In this document: in pieces, positions 26,689 to 37,276 of the stretch
Numbering within the stretch: the first letter of the stretch is position 1
Layout: every line of letters begins with the position of its first letter
Virus record (IMG/VR): IMGVR_UViG_3300045988_181613
DNA from: a virus
Direction: 5' to 3' (one strand)
DNA: 64,000 nt
The notes under the pieces: model-generated
Seen by the model: only the letters and a program-made list of their open reading frames with translations
Database searches by the model: none
Told to the model about the DNA's origin: nothing
Translations under genes and position numbers: made by a program

Positions 26689-28855
26689 TATACATCCTCC
26701 TCTTAAAGAAATAATCAAATTGTCCTTCATCTATAGCATGCTTGCTACCACTGATCTTTCTGTTTTCATCTTTAGCAGCGGCTTCTGCTTTTTGGATATC
26801 TTCTTTTATTTTTTGTAATTGAGCAATTTTAAAATATGATGCTCTATCTCCACTCGATGTTGTTAATTTAATATCTTTTCCTTCATTATCACCAGTTAAA
26901 ACAGGGAAATACATACCCCTCTCTACTTGAATCCTTGTAACACGATCAACTTGTCCTGTAGAGAATACAATTGATTGCATTACACCCGTTACATAAAAGA
27001 GTTCATTAGTTGCATTACACTTAATAAAAGTTCCTACTTTTATTCTGCGATCACCTTTTATTGTTATTACGCCTCTTCTTGTAAAGGGAAGATAAATATT
27101 TGTTTCGATTACATATAACAAATCATTGAGAGCAGCTGCGGCCATAGAATTTAATTGCTGATTTCCATTTACTCCATTAATAGCACTCAATGAAATATAA
27201 ATATCTTGTATCTGTTGCTTCCTATTTCCCCAAATCTTTGTAAATTCCTCAAAATAAATTATAGGAATAAAAGCAAGAGAAGTAAACATTCGTGTTCCGA
27301 TAAAATTATTTTGGGGAAATAACTGATACCAAGAATAAACTCTATCATCATAATTAAGGGATAATTCTACTAAATTATTCGACTCAATTTCAATATACGT
27401 TTTCCTTTTTAATACATCTTCGATTGCTTTTTCGGTAAATGGCGGCTGTCGAACAACTATATCCATTGTATCAACATAAGTATCAAATAGTACTTCAACA
27501 AAAGGTTGTTGACAGATTTTCCCAATAAAAGACATAAGGGTTCCATCAGGATTTGTGAATGACGCATCAACAATTGATCTATCATTCAATTCATCTTCTA
27601 CAAATACTTTTAAAATTTGCCAGATTCCCTTGACTTCTTGTGTTTTATGAACGCCGTCATCATCTTCAATCGTATATGCTTTAGTTCTTCTATCTTGATA
27701 AGAACTAAATAAATCGTCTGGAACAATTCCGATATTGGAAAGGATATTAATTATAAACCAAAGAGTCTCCCTGATTCTTTTAAAACCATAATTAAAAAAA
27801 TAATTATAGTTTCCTGTTACAACATTTCTTTTAAACCAAGCATCAGCTTCATCTCCACCATAAAACCAACGATCCTTACTTCCTTCTACCCATTTTAATG
27901 GCATAAAATAAGAACCATCTTCAGTAAATAATTTAGAAAAATCTCTTCCAACAAGATCTACAAAAGAAACATTGGCAGTGGCAGAATAGGTGACTGTACA
28001 GCTATCCAAAAAACCGATCATATCCCATACATTGTAATTTGAATTGCTATTTACTAATTCACTGGGAGATATTTCTATGCTATCAATTTCTCCTTTTAAA
28101 GTAGCATCCTTTTCCATAGCAAGTTTTTCAAAACGAATAAAAATTAAATCGTTTTGATTTATAAATTTTTCCCAGAAACTTTTTACCAAAGTACCATCTG
28201 TTTGATTTGTATTGAAATTTTCAATAAATCCATTCCCAAAACCTGTAGGACTTGATTGTCCCTTTATCGGTGAGAGTCTAATACTGAAGCCTCCATTTGT
28301 AGCAACTTTATTTGTATTACAAGCAACAATGAATTGACTTATATCAATTATCTTTCCTAAAGAATTAACATAAATCCAAACACGGATTGATTGAGGAACA
28401 ATTCTTACATCAAATGAAGCATTTTCATTTGTTTCTGAATATTCAGGTTTATAGTTTATACTTTCTATAATCTTCTCGTAATTATCTGCCCAAAACGCTT
28501 TAAAACTACCTTGTGACATAAATTGTCCTTGTTGTGATACTCTCTCAAACTCTATCTCCATTTTAGATAGAATTGTCACAACAGGTGTTCCTCTAAAAAT
28601 AGGTGCGCTTTCTGGTAAATTTCCATTGTTATAATCTTGCTCGTATTTTTTCTTTAATTCTGGATCGTATTGATTCCAAATGATCTTTAAATTAGTTTGT
28701 TCATCTGATGATTTTAACATCAAAAAATCATTCACAGAAAGCTTCTTACTCTCAGGGACTCCTTTTCCAATCTTCTCAACCCATTCTTTTATTGTACAGT
28801 CTTTATCAGCTGTAAAAGGTTGTATTGATATTTGATCATTTGTATTCATTTTCAA
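26681..28855 (-). CDS. baseplate hub / distal tail protein (hypothetical)
   Basis: 724-aa ORF immediately downstream of the tape measure gene. Assigned by position only. Confidence 0.5.
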   Translation of the reverse strand: MKMNTNDQISIQPFTADKDCTIKEWVEKIGKGVPESKKLSVNDFLMLKSSDEQTNLKIIWNQYDPELKKKYEQDYNNGNLPESAPIFRGTPVVTILSKMEIEFERVSQQGQFMSQGSFKAFWADNYEKIIESINYKPEYSETNENASFDVRIVPQSIRVWIYVNSLGKIIDISQFIVACNTNKVATNGGFSIRLSPIKGQSSPTGFGNGFIENFNTNQTDGTLVKSFWEKFINQNDLIFIRFEKLAMEKDATLKGEIDSIEISPSELVNSNSNYNVWDMIGFLDSCTVTYSATANVSFVDLVGRDFSKLFTEDGSYFMPLKWVEGSKDRWFYGGDEADAWFKRNVVTGNYNYFFNYGFKRIRETLWFIINILSNIGIVPDDLFSSYQDRRTKAYTIEDDDGVHKTQEVKGIWQILKVFVEDELNDRSIVDASFTNPDGTLMSFIGKICQQPFVEVLFDTYVDTMDIVVRQPPFTEKAIEDVLKRKTYIEIESNNLVELSLNYDDRVYSWYQLFPQNNFIGTRMFTSLAFIPIIYFEEFTKIWGNRKQQIQDIYISLSAINGVNGNQQLNSMAAAALNDLLYVIETNIYLPFTRRGVITIKGDRRIKVGTFIKCNATNELFYVTGVMQSIVFSTGQVDRVTRIQVERGMYFPVLTGDNEGKDIKLTTSSGDRASYFKIAQLQKIKEDIQKAEAAAKDENRKISGSKHAIDEGQFDYFFKRRMYNE

Positions 28856-31089
28856 TCTATTCCTAATTTTCTTAATAAAAGTGCTGCTAAAGATCCTTCA
28901 GATAAAAAATTCCATTGACCATCAACAAGAGGACTTCCGCTTAAACGATGTGTATCTTTATCATTTAAGAAAGATTTCCTTTCTTCTTCTGGAGATGCGA
29001 TTAATTTAACAATCATACCTAATACTTCATTAGTTGTTTTTGTTGTTTTTTCAATCATATTGGAATCTGTTGCTATTCTTACCATTTTTGAATCAATAGC
29101 AGATAAAACCCCTAACATTTTTTCTCCATTGGCTGCATCTCTATTCGTCTTTTCTGCAGTAGCTGCTTCTATCGCTCCAACAGTTCTTCTGCCTGCACTT
29201 CGTTCATATTGAGCTTCTTTTTCATTTCCTTTAACAGTTTCAGGCACACCTCTTTCTCTTAAATAATCCCATCCACCATTCTTATCACGAGACCTTACCA
29301 GTTCTTTTATATCATTCCAATTCAAATTCGTAAAGACAGATTTCATGAGTTGAATCAATTGCTCATCGGTACTGGTCATTTCATCCAAACGTTTTAAGAA
29401 AGCTACCTGAAATTCAGTATCATCTCCCATAGTATCTATCTTTTCCAAGATATCAGAAAGATTCCCTTCAGGCATCAGTTCTCTACCAACACGCATTAAA
29501 AGAGCTTGTGTTACTTCATCTTGTGAAATTCCATTTCCTGTAATAGCTGTTTGTACTCTTTCTAATTGTCTCCCTTCCATTCCTGTGAAGGTACGAATAT
29601 TGGATAATATCGTAGCCACCTTACCTGCATCAAAATCTCCTGCTTTATCCAGGATTCTTTCAGCTGTTCGATTAAATGTTTGAAGAGATTCATCTATAGT
29701 TGAAGCTATTTCCGAAAAAGGAAGTTTCAAATCTCTCATAGAATTTTCAAATGCCCTTATAATACCAGAAGGACTATCATTTGAAGATCCAAATTCAACT
29801 TCACCCTTACGTGCAAAGCGTAAAGACGCCTGTAATTGATCTATTACATTATCATTTAATCCATATAATCGCTGAACAGCCATTTGCGATTCAGCCTCTC
29901 TTCTTCCTGTAACGTCTTCTTCAGTAGCTCCTAAAATTTTGCCACCAGCAGATCTTAATAAACGCGCCCTGCGATTCATATATTCGCCGACATTTATTCC
30001 TAAATCAGACGCTGCATAAGTACCCTCTCTGAAAGCTTGTGATTTCGCAGCAGCATTAGACATTCCAGAAGTTTGGGCATAAGCTCTTACATTATTTTCC
30101 ACTTCTTCTGCTTTGGCAACTGCTCGCATTGCATAAGAAGAAACTAAAGCTGTGATACCGCTTATTGCTGCGCCAACTAATTCTCCTGAACCTTCAAATA
30201 CTGAACGAATTGAGTCTCCAACACCAGGTGCAATAACAGAAGGAGCTGCTGCTGCTACAGCGCCTGCCATTTTCCCTGAAACAGAGGCTATTGTACCAGC
30301 TGTTTGACCAAGAGCCCCAATTTCAGCTGCTCCTGCTTCATAAGTATTTCTTGAATTAACTACGGGGCTATACGATTGAAGCATACGGGAAGCTAACGCA
30401 CCGGGAATTCCAGTATATTGTGATCTTCCCCTATCACGATTCCTTCTGTTATCAGTATCTCTTTCTCTGTTATTATCTTCTGCAGGAGGAATTGTGGGAG
30501 GTACCGCAGGAGGTGGAATTAGGTTTTCTCCACCTCTTTCTTTTGTAAGAATCTCTAAATATGTTGTTCTTTCAACCGCAAGTTCATTTCCTGTATTTAC
30601 AGCTTGTAAAATTTGCCTTAATACAGATAATTGCGAATCTCGAGATCCTCCAGTTTTTTTTGGCTTTGAAGATTCTTCAGCCTCCTCTCCAGATTCTTCA
30701 GCCTCCTCTGGTTTTATTTTTTTCTTTCTACCTGGTTTCTTTTTAGGTTTTGTTTCCTGTTCTTCATTTTCAGTAAGAGGTTTTTCGTCGATAACTTCAC
30801 GAGGAGATTCTGGAGATTCTATCTGAGGTCTCTCAATAACAGGTTTTTCAGTAAGCGGTTCTCTTGTTCCTTGAAAATCTCTTTCTAACTTCTCTTTTTC
30901 ATTCTGAAGAACCCTAAGTTTATCTGTCATTTCTTGGATCTTTCTATCAAAAGATCCTTGATCAAAATCAGCGTCAATAGGAGTTCTACTCAGATCTGCT
31001 ATACTATTTGACAAATCTTCGATTTCCTTTCGAATCTCCCTTAAAGGAGAGACATCAGCTGATATCCTTATCCTCTTCTCCTGATCCAT
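28852..31089 (-). CDS. tail tape measure protein
   Basis: 745 aa. It has a coiled-coil, charged N-terminus and a Gly/Ala-rich hydrophobic core (GALGQTAGTIASVSGKMAGAVAAAAPSVIAPGVG). It lies downstream of the tube and chaperone genes. Confidence 0.7.
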   Translation of the reverse strand: MDQEKRIRISADVSPLREIRKEIEDLSNSIADLSRTPIDADFDQGSFDRKIQEMTDKLRVLQNEKEKLERDFQGTREPLTEKPVIERPQIESPESPREVIDEKPLTENEEQETKPKKKPGRKKKIKPEEAEESGEEAEESSKPKKTGGSRDSQLSVLRQILQAVNTGNELAVERTTYLEILTKERGGENLIPPPAVPPTIPPAEDNNRERDTDNRRNRDRGRSQYTGIPGALASRMLQSYSPVVNSRNTYEAGAAEIGALGQTAGTIASVSGKMAGAVAAAAPSVIAPGVGDSIRSVFEGSGELVGAAISGITALVSSYAMRAVAKAEEVENNVRAYAQTSGMSNAAAKSQAFREGTYAASDLGINVGEYMNRRARLLRSAGGKILGATEEDVTGRREAESQMAVQRLYGLNDNVIDQLQASLRFARKGEVEFGSSNDSPSGIIRAFENSMRDLKLPFSEIASTIDESLQTFNRTAERILDKAGDFDAGKVATILSNIRTFTGMEGRQLERVQTAITGNGISQDEVTQALLMRVGRELMPEGNLSDILEKIDTMGDDTEFQVAFLKRLDEMTSTDEQLIQLMKSVFTNLNWNDIKELVRSRDKNGGWDYLRERGVPETVKGNEKEAQYERSAGRRTVGAIEAATAEKTNRDAANGEKMLGVLSAIDSKMVRIATDSNMIEKTTKTTNEVLGMIVKLIASPEEERKSFLNDKDTHRLSGSPLVDGQWNFLSEGSLAALLLRKLGID

Positions 31090-31423
31090 TTTCTTGTTCG
31101 TTTAATAATGCAGCCTCTCTACGAAATTCTTCTATCTCAGCTGCACTCATTGGCTGCGATGAGTTCACTTCTTTAACAATAGGTGTTTTGAAAAAATCAC
31201 CAACATTAGGAATGTAATTTTCGATAGAATTAATATCCTCTTTTTTTTCTTGTCTTTCTTGAAACATAAGTTCCTCCTCATATTCCATCACCTGACTTAA
31301 AAAAGATTGTTCCCTGTGGCGCTCTGATAGAAAAGGAATGTTATGTTTCTGTCTCCACCATCTGTCCACAGGGAACTTATTATTCCACCGAATCATAAAT
31401 CTTCTTATATCATCGGTAGGCAT
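31055..31423 (-). CDS. tail assembly chaperone-position protein
   Basis: 122-aa ORF between the chaperone-like gene and the tape measure gene, overlapping the tape measure start by 35 nt. Confidence 0.4.
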   Translation of the reverse strand: MPTDDIRRFMIRWNNKFPVDRWWRQKHNIPFLSERHREQSFLSQVMEYEEELMFQERQEKKEDINSIENYIPNVGDFFKTPIVKEVNSSQPMSAAEIEEFRREAALLNEQENGSGEEDKDIS

Positions 31424-31429
31424 AGATTT

Positions 31430-31768
31430 TTACTCCTGATTCAATAAATCATTGACTTTCTTCATAAAAGGAAGAACCTTTTCTTTGTAAGCTTTCTTGA
31501 TCTCATTAAAATCTTGAAGACCAAGTTTTGATAAACTTTCTGTTTTTAAATCACTGATCAACTGAGGCGCAAGTACTGAAAGTGTTGCCTCAATATCAAT
31601 CATATCCAATGCTTTGATTGAAGAAATTGTTCTTGCCACAATTAAACCTCCGTAATTATCATTACTAAGAGATTGTTTTAAACATTCAATACGATAATAT
31701 TCTCCAACTGTAGGAAAGTTAATCGTATAAGTACGTCCTTTTACTGTAAATTCAACTGAATCATTCAT
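31430..31768 (-). CDS. tail assembly chaperone-like protein
   Basis: 112-aa acidic ORF directly after the tube gene. Assigned on position and size. Confidence 0.45.
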   Translation of the reverse strand: MNDSVEFTVKGRTYTINFPTVGEYYRIECLKQSLSNDNYGGLIVARTISSIKALDMIDIEATLSVLAPQLISDLKTESLSKLGLQDFNEIKKAYKEKVLPFMKKVNDLLNQE

Positions 31769-31780
31769 ATTTTTCTATTT

Positions 31781-32275
31781 TTATAGATTTACTGCACTTA
31801 CTGGATCAATGTAGATACCTGAAACATTCCAACCTGCAATTCCCTGGTCTGAAAGAGAAAATTGCTGGGTTGTCGGATAACAAGGACCTAATTGACAAAT
31901 TGATTGGCCTGTAGGATCGGCTTGAGTGATTAACTTAGTTGTATCATCTCTACTAACAATCGTTTTTGCATACATCGCAATTTGAAAACCAAGTTCTCCT
32001 AATACTAATGTATCCAAAATTGCTTGAACACTTCCCATTCGATTCATCATCGCCTGCATAATAGGCTGTTTGAAATCGAGGAAAAACTGATCTACAGTCC
32101 ATGTATTATTCAAAGAAACAACGGGTGCTTCTTGAATTTTTACATTTCCCAAGCCTTGTACATTTACACGATTAATGTTCTCTGCAAATGTAATAGCCCT
32201 GATATAGCCGGCCATTTTATTATCTATCTTGATAAAGGCCTTTGCTGCTGAATATACTTTTGATACTCCTGCCAT
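31781..32275 (-). CDS. tail tube protein
   Basis: 164-aa ORF immediately downstream of the sheath gene. Confidence 0.6.
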   Translation of the reverse strand: MAGVSKVYSAAKAFIKIDNKMAGYIRAITFAENINRVNVQGLGNVKIQEAPVVSLNNTWTVDQFFLDFKQPIMQAMMNRMGSVQAILDTLVLGELGFQIAMYAKTIVSRDDTTKLITQADPTGQSICQLGPCYPTTQQFSLSDQGIAGWNVSGIYIDPVSAVNL

Positions 32276-32291
32276 AATTTTTCACCTTTTA

Positions 32292-33917
32292 TTAGCGGAT
32301 CAAGAAACCTGTAAAGAACAGTTTATTGATTTCACTATTTACTCGAACTTTATAGGTCACAAACCAAGCATCTTCTTTCTTTGTAACATTTACATCCTGG
32401 AAATCTAAAATTAGATTATCTTCGGAATCTGTTGCTACTCTGCTTTGTAAATATGCTACAGTCCAACTTTTCACTGTATTTGCCGATAGAGTATTCAAAT
32501 TAACTCCATTCTCATCACCCAAAAGATCAATTTCTGCATTGACCACAAGCTCCCGATTGAGTTGATATACAATTCGCATAAACTGAATATACGGAGAATA
32601 ACCTTTTGCATTAAACAAATTAGCGTTGTCTTGTAGAGTATTTACATCCTCCAAAATAACAAATTTGTTTATATAGTCATTCTTTGTAACTACAAGAACA
32701 CCATTTTCAATCGCCTGTTCTTTTTCCGTATCACTCAATACATGACGCAATCGATCAATACCAATCGGTTTATTAGTACCGGGGATTTGAGGTGCTTTTC
32801 CTGAAATTCTTCCCACGACAGCTGCAAGCGTATACATAACAGTCCACCAACGATAACCCACCGGTGAAAGTTCTGTATTTATACCGGCATCTCCATGTAC
32901 TAAAACTACTCTCGGAGAATCAAATCCTTGTGCTAATGTTATGTCATCACTGAATTTTCCTGCCTCACCATAACCACCAATATATAAGAAATGATCAAAT
33001 TTTGACACATTATTCAAATGCGTGATAATTTTCTTATAAGTCGTTCCTGCAGCATTGTCACCATATTGATCAGTAAAAACAATATTGTAATCTAATCCAG
33101 TTACTGCTGCTAAAGCTGCATCCACATTTGTTGAACTGTAAGATTCAGTTGCACCAGTTGCTACTTGCCATCCACTTACTGCAGTAATATCTGCCTGCGA
33201 AATATTTCCATCTACTTCTACCGCAGAAGTAGGATCCACTGCAAAATAACTGTTAAATGAAGAATCATTTTTCGCCCAATTCAATAATGCATTCATATTA
33301 TTAAACTCCGGTGAAACAACCATCAACTGAGGAGTAGATTGTGCAGCTGTTTCATCACCATAAGGTAATCCGTCTTCTGCTAAACCTGTAAAAGTACCTC
33401 TGTAAATCTGTAAAATCCATTTAGCAGGATCAATAACTCCAGGAATAATCTGATAGGCGAACCCTGTAACAAGATTTTCTTCTGCTACAATACCATTCGC
33501 CCAAAGACCTTCATCTCTGGTAAGAATTTTTAAAGTACCCCCTGCTGTTGTTGCAAAAGACATGGTTGCTGAAGTGGTTGTACACGCTCTACAAAAATAG
33601 AGCTGCGAAATTCCAACAGCTCCTGGATTTGCGGGATCTGGAGCAAATAAAGCTTCTGCAATACGCCAGAATAATCCTCCCTTCATATAAAAGCGAAAAT
33701 CCTCTAACGTTGAAAAACTATATACTGCATTTTGTCCCGATGCTAACTGCCCGTTAATACCTGAACCTCCACCAAAATTTGCACCAGCAGTACCTGTATC
33801 AATAATCAGAACTTTACCGTAATCCAAATTCCGAGGCGGGTTCGTCTCTCCTGATTGAATTACACTGTAAGCTCCCGGAAGTATTACTTTTCTTCCATTA
33901 AATATAAAGCTACTCAT
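32292..33917 (-). CDS. contractile tail sheath protein
   Basis: 541 aa with the N-terminal VILPGAYSVIQ motif typical of sheath proteins. It sits at the head of the tube/chaperone/tape-measure operon. Confidence 0.75.
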   Translation of the reverse strand: MSSFIFNGRKVILPGAYSVIQSGETNPPRNLDYGKVLIIDTGTAGANFGGGSGINGQLASGQNAVYSFSTLEDFRFYMKGGLFWRIAEALFAPDPANPGAVGISQLYFCRACTTTSATMSFATTAGGTLKILTRDEGLWANGIVAEENLVTGFAYQIIPGVIDPAKWILQIYRGTFTGLAEDGLPYGDETAAQSTPQLMVVSPEFNNMNALLNWAKNDSSFNSYFAVDPTSAVEVDGNISQADITAVSGWQVATGATESYSSTNVDAALAAVTGLDYNIVFTDQYGDNAAGTTYKKIITHLNNVSKFDHFLYIGGYGEAGKFSDDITLAQGFDSPRVVLVHGDAGINTELSPVGYRWWTVMYTLAAVVGRISGKAPQIPGTNKPIGIDRLRHVLSDTEKEQAIENGVLVVTKNDYINKFVILEDVNTLQDNANLFNAKGYSPYIQFMRIVYQLNRELVVNAEIDLLGDENGVNLNTLSANTVKSWTVAYLQSRVATDSEDNLILDFQDVNVTKKEDAWFVTYKVRVNSEINKLFFTGFLIR

Positions 33918-33973
33918 TGTTAACTATTTTGTCGTTACGAAATTATGTTTTAAGACTGAATCTTATTAACGTC

Positions 33974-33982
33974 TAAATATAT
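33974..33982 (-). promoter_or_regulatory. -7 promoter box variant ATATATTTA
   Basis: 56 nt upstream of the sheath ATG, in a 105-nt intergenic gap. Confidence 0.4.
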
Positions 33983-34022
33983 ATCTTATCCTTGTAATTA
34001 CAAAGAAAGTGGACAAATTATT

Positions 34023-34715
34023 TTAAATAATCTCTGATTCAACACCAGGTAAACCTGAAATTTCCTCATTTTCAGTTAAAAGAGTCGCTGCTATTTCTGC
34101 TTTTTCAAATAATATTTTACCTAATAATTCCGTATCTACCATTCCAGGTATCATTTCAGAACAAGATACATTTAATCCGATAGATCTAATAAAAATTGGA
34201 ACTGGAATCAATTCATTTTCAACCATTAACTCTTTCATTTGATAATCAATAGTATCAAATCTCTCTATTAAAATATCATGAGCACTGACTAATAGTGCAT
34301 ACAGTATTTCTGATATCATTATTGATTCTACCATATTTACCGCAAAGCACATTATTTCATAATTACTCTGTCTTGAATCTAAATAGCTTAAATTTCCATC
34401 TTCAGGAAAAATTCCATTAATCTTTCCTATATTATTAACAGGACCTCTATTTTTACCAGGTTCTCTAATAACATAGCAAGGTAATCCTAATCTATCCTTT
34501 GGATATTCCAATGCAACTTTAATATTATTTGGATTGTTAGGAGTTCTGGAATATATTTTTTTTGCCTGCTGATAAAAATCATAATTTCCATCAGTTGTAC
34601 CATTTAATAAACGATACAAGAATGTTGTTTCTTCATCTGGATTAGTTGTAATATCTCGATACAAATATTCCATGAAAGATTCAATAATTTTCTTTACATA
34701 AATAATATTTAACAT
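34023..34715 (-). CDS. neck / tail-completion module protein (hypothetical)
   Basis: 230-aa ORF between the connector-like genes and the sheath gene. Confidence 0.55.
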   Translation of the reverse strand: MLNIIYVKKIIESFMEYLYRDITTNPDEETTFLYRLLNGTTDGNYDFYQQAKKIYSRTPNNPNNIKVALEYPKDRLGLPCYVIREPGKNRGPVNNIGKINGIFPEDGNLSYLDSRQSNYEIMCFAVNMVESIMISEILYALLVSAHDILIERFDTIDYQMKELMVENELIPVPIFIRSIGLNVSCSEMIPGMVDTELLGKILFEKAEIAATLLTENEEISGLPGVESEII

Positions 34716-34716
34716 A

Positions 34717-35487
34717 TTAAAGATTTTTTAAAAATTCATCTATAACCATATCTACAGCTGTCTCAATATGAGAAGCTTCCAAAGCTTTATCCATTAGTTT
34801 ACGTGGTTCTAAACCTTTATTCCACCAACTATTTGGATCTGATTTATCACTTACTCTTCTAAATGTCATGTATTGGCTTCTAATTTCATTTCCAACACTA
34901 ACATTTATTTTAGCCAAACCTTCATATTTAGGAGATTTATGGAGATATTCTGGTATTACTAATTGAGGTGTTCTAATTTCAGCTCTTTTTCCTGGTACAT
35001 TAAATCCAGTAGGTAAATCTTTTTTACTTAAAGGTTTCTCTTTGTTCTTCGCTATATTATAAACTGCTTGTGGTAAAATAGAAGAGAAAATTCCAGATTC
35101 TGCTACTGCTTGTGGAGTTGCATGTCTAAAAGGAATCGTAAGATACCATCCACCACTCAATTTTTGTTTTGCTTTTCCTGATTTTTGAAATCCAATTTTT
35201 TCATCAAAAGGAGGTGCTCCTTCTTCAAGCATCATGGCAATTGGATTTTCTCTTGCTGATAATCCAAATGTAACTGAAAGCGGAGAATCCCTTTCAACAA
35301 ACATTGCTCTTTTATATTCTCCTCTTGTTTGTTTTAATTGAGTGTTTATTAAATTTTCCCAGCGAGTACTGTATTCTTCTATAACACGATCAATAATAGA
35401 TGATCCCAAGTAAATAGTTTGATTTTCATTTAAACTAAATTCTTGAACTACTTCATTTAGATCTATATTGATTGGTAATAAATTCAT
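34717..35487 (-). CDS. neck module protein (hypothetical)
   Basis: 256-aa ORF, tightly packed against its neighbours. Confidence 0.55.
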   Translation of the reverse strand: MNLLPINIDLNEVVQEFSLNENQTIYLGSSIIDRVIEEYSTRWENLINTQLKQTRGEYKRAMFVERDSPLSVTFGLSARENPIAMMLEEGAPPFDEKIGFQKSGKAKQKLSGGWYLTIPFRHATPQAVAESGIFSSILPQAVYNIAKNKEKPLSKKDLPTGFNVPGKRAEIRTPQLVIPEYLHKSPKYEGLAKINVSVGNEIRSQYMTFRRVSDKSDPNSWWNKGLEPRKLMDKALEASHIETAVDMVIDEFLKNL

Positions 35488-36263
35488 ATATTGTCATTAT
35501 CAATAGTTCCAGTACCATCAAAATTCGGGATTCCAATTGCTATCAAATGACTTCTCCTCGCAATTGCTTGAATAGGAAGATTTATTTGCTGCATTTTCCC
35601 ACTTGGTTTATCTTTTACAAAAGACGCTCTTATTTCATGTGGTAGATCAATTACATGATATTCAGGCTCATGTTTATAATAAATACTAACAATTCCATTT
35701 ACTGGAAGTTCCTTTAACTTTAAAATAATACTATAAGGATTGTTAGGATTTAATTCATATTCTTCTTCACTCAGTTTAATGAGTTTTTTGTCGTATTGAT
35801 TAAATATATGAAGACTTATTAACTCAACTGGTTTATAAGTTGTAAAAACAAATGTATCTTCATTATAACTGCGAATTATACAGTTTTCACTGAAATAAGA
35901 AAACTGATCTTTAACAGTAATTCGATTAAAATAACCCAGATTAGGTTTATCGATATCTCTCACAGTAACTTCTACTGTACCCATTAAAGTTTCAGACCAA
36001 TTTTTATAATAGTTGTTTTGGTTTAAATTCGTCATTAAAGCTATAGTAGATAATGGATTAATATAAAAATATCCCGTTCCATAACAGTTTTGGCAATCGA
36101 TAAGAGGAGCGTCAGGTGCATGACAAGGACATCTCAAAGCCTTTTCAATTATAACTTTATATCCTTTTTGCCAGACAGCTGCGTCAAAATCAGGCTTTCT
36201 AAATTCAACAATGGGTTGTCCTGCTAAATTAGGTGCTGCAGATTGTAAAATATTTTTTGTCAT
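35484..36263 (-). CDS. neck module protein with a zinc ribbon (hypothetical)
   Basis: 259 aa containing CPCHAPDAPLIDCQNCYGTG. Confidence 0.55.
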   Translation of the reverse strand: MTKNILQSAAPNLAGQPIVEFRKPDFDAAVWQKGYKVIIEKALRCPCHAPDAPLIDCQNCYGTGYFYINPLSTIALMTNLNQNNYYKNWSETLMGTVEVTVRDIDKPNLGYFNRITVKDQFSYFSENCIIRSYNEDTFVFTTYKPVELISLHIFNQYDKKLIKLSEEEYELNPNNPYSIILKLKELPVNGIVSIYYKHEPEYHVIDLPHEIRASFVKDKPSGKMQQINLPIQAIARRSHLIAIGIPNFDGTGTIDNDNI

Positions 36264-36493
36264 TTTTGATCCTCATTTTTAAATTTCCATTTATAACCAT
36301 GAGCAGTATCATAAGCCCCTCTACAAGCTCTTAAAACACTTTTACGGATAAACCCCAATTCTCTTTCCACCTGTAATGCGCTTGGCCATTCTTTTATAAA
36401 ATCGCCATCTAAGCTATATTGTAGAACTGGAATAGATTTACGAAACCATATTCTTTTTTTTTCATTACAAGACCATGAATTTGATTTCATCAT
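36260..36493 (-). CDS. stand-alone NUMOD/IENR-like DNA-binding domain (homing-endonuclease remnant)
   Basis: 77 aa. IPVLQYSLDGDFIKEWPSALQVERELGFIRKSVLRACRG...AHGYKWKF matches the DNA-binding module found at the C-terminus of GIY-YIG/HNH homing endonucleases. No nuclease domain is present. Confidence 0.45.
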   Translation of the reverse strand: MMKSNSWSCNEKKRIWFRKSIPVLQYSLDGDFIKEWPSALQVERELGFIRKSVLRACRGAYDTAHGYKWKFKNEDQK

Positions 36494-37265
36494 AAACTAA
36501 TTTAATTCTTTTCGTAGATTCAACAATTTCTTTTTGATACTGTTTTATACGAGCAGAATAACCACTGTTCTCTGCAGAAGAAGTAGTTCCTATACTTTGA
36601 TTTAATCCATCAATACTTAAACTCATAGAAGCGATACCTGCTCCTAAAATTAAATCACCGGCGATATTTAAAATCCCAATAGAAGCAAGCTTTCCAACTA
36701 TATCAATTAAATCTAAAGGTAATTTATCTAAATCAAATCCAGTTATATATTGAATATTCCAATAATCCGGGATATTCTGAAAACGCTGCATACCGATCTG
36801 AGAAGAAATACCTGTTAAAATAACATCTGCATTAACTTCTGTTGTACTCGCACCTGTAGGAACTATACTTATTCTTCTTTTACCAATACCTGCCTGATCT
36901 CTTTCACAGAATAACCAACCTTGCGGATAAATTATCTGTTCTATTTTCGCCAACATCCCTACTAAAGATAAGGGTTCTCTTACAGGGAATTTTGTTTGTA
37001 TAATAGGGAAATGAGTCCAGTAATCAGTATGATAATAAGAAGTAGTTTCCAGCGCAATTAACTGTTTAACAAATAACAAATTGAAATAATTTTCCACTTC
37101 CTTTTGTGCTGCTTTGATATAATATTGAATAGCTTCATCAGAAAATGATGCTCCTGTATTACCTTGAATCGTAATACCATAGAGATACAAACTCCACATT
37201 TCCGCCGGAGAAAGTAAAGAACCTTCGTTCTTCTTATATTTGATTGTTAATGTTAATTGCGCCAT
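36465..37265 (-). CDS. head-tail connector / adaptor-like protein
   Basis: 266 aa. The N-terminus (LSPAEMWSLYLYGI...SDEAIQYYIKAAQKEVENYF) resembles gp6-type adaptor proteins, and the gene lies downstream of the capsid gene. Confidence 0.4.
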   Translation of the reverse strand: MAQLTLTIKYKKNEGSLLSPAEMWSLYLYGITIQGNTGASFSDEAIQYYIKAAQKEVENYFNLLFVKQLIALETTSYYHTDYWTHFPIIQTKFPVREPLSLVGMLAKIEQIIYPQGWLFCERDQAGIGKRRISIVPTGASTTEVNADVILTGISSQIGMQRFQNIPDYWNIQYITGFDLDKLPLDLIDIVGKLASIGILNIAGDLILGAGIASMSLSIDGLNQSIGTTSSAENSGYSARIKQYQKEIVESTKRIKLVYDEIKFMVL

Positions 37266-37276
37266 GATTTTTTACT

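Noticed and set aside
31421-31432. Stop-codon read-through or programmed frameshift joining the two chaperone-position ORFs (31430..31768 and 31055..31423 are in the same frame)
   Set aside because: The two ORFs are separated by a TAA plus two sense codons, and there is no slippery heptamer that I can see. TAA is a poor read-through codon, so the simplest reading is two separate genes.
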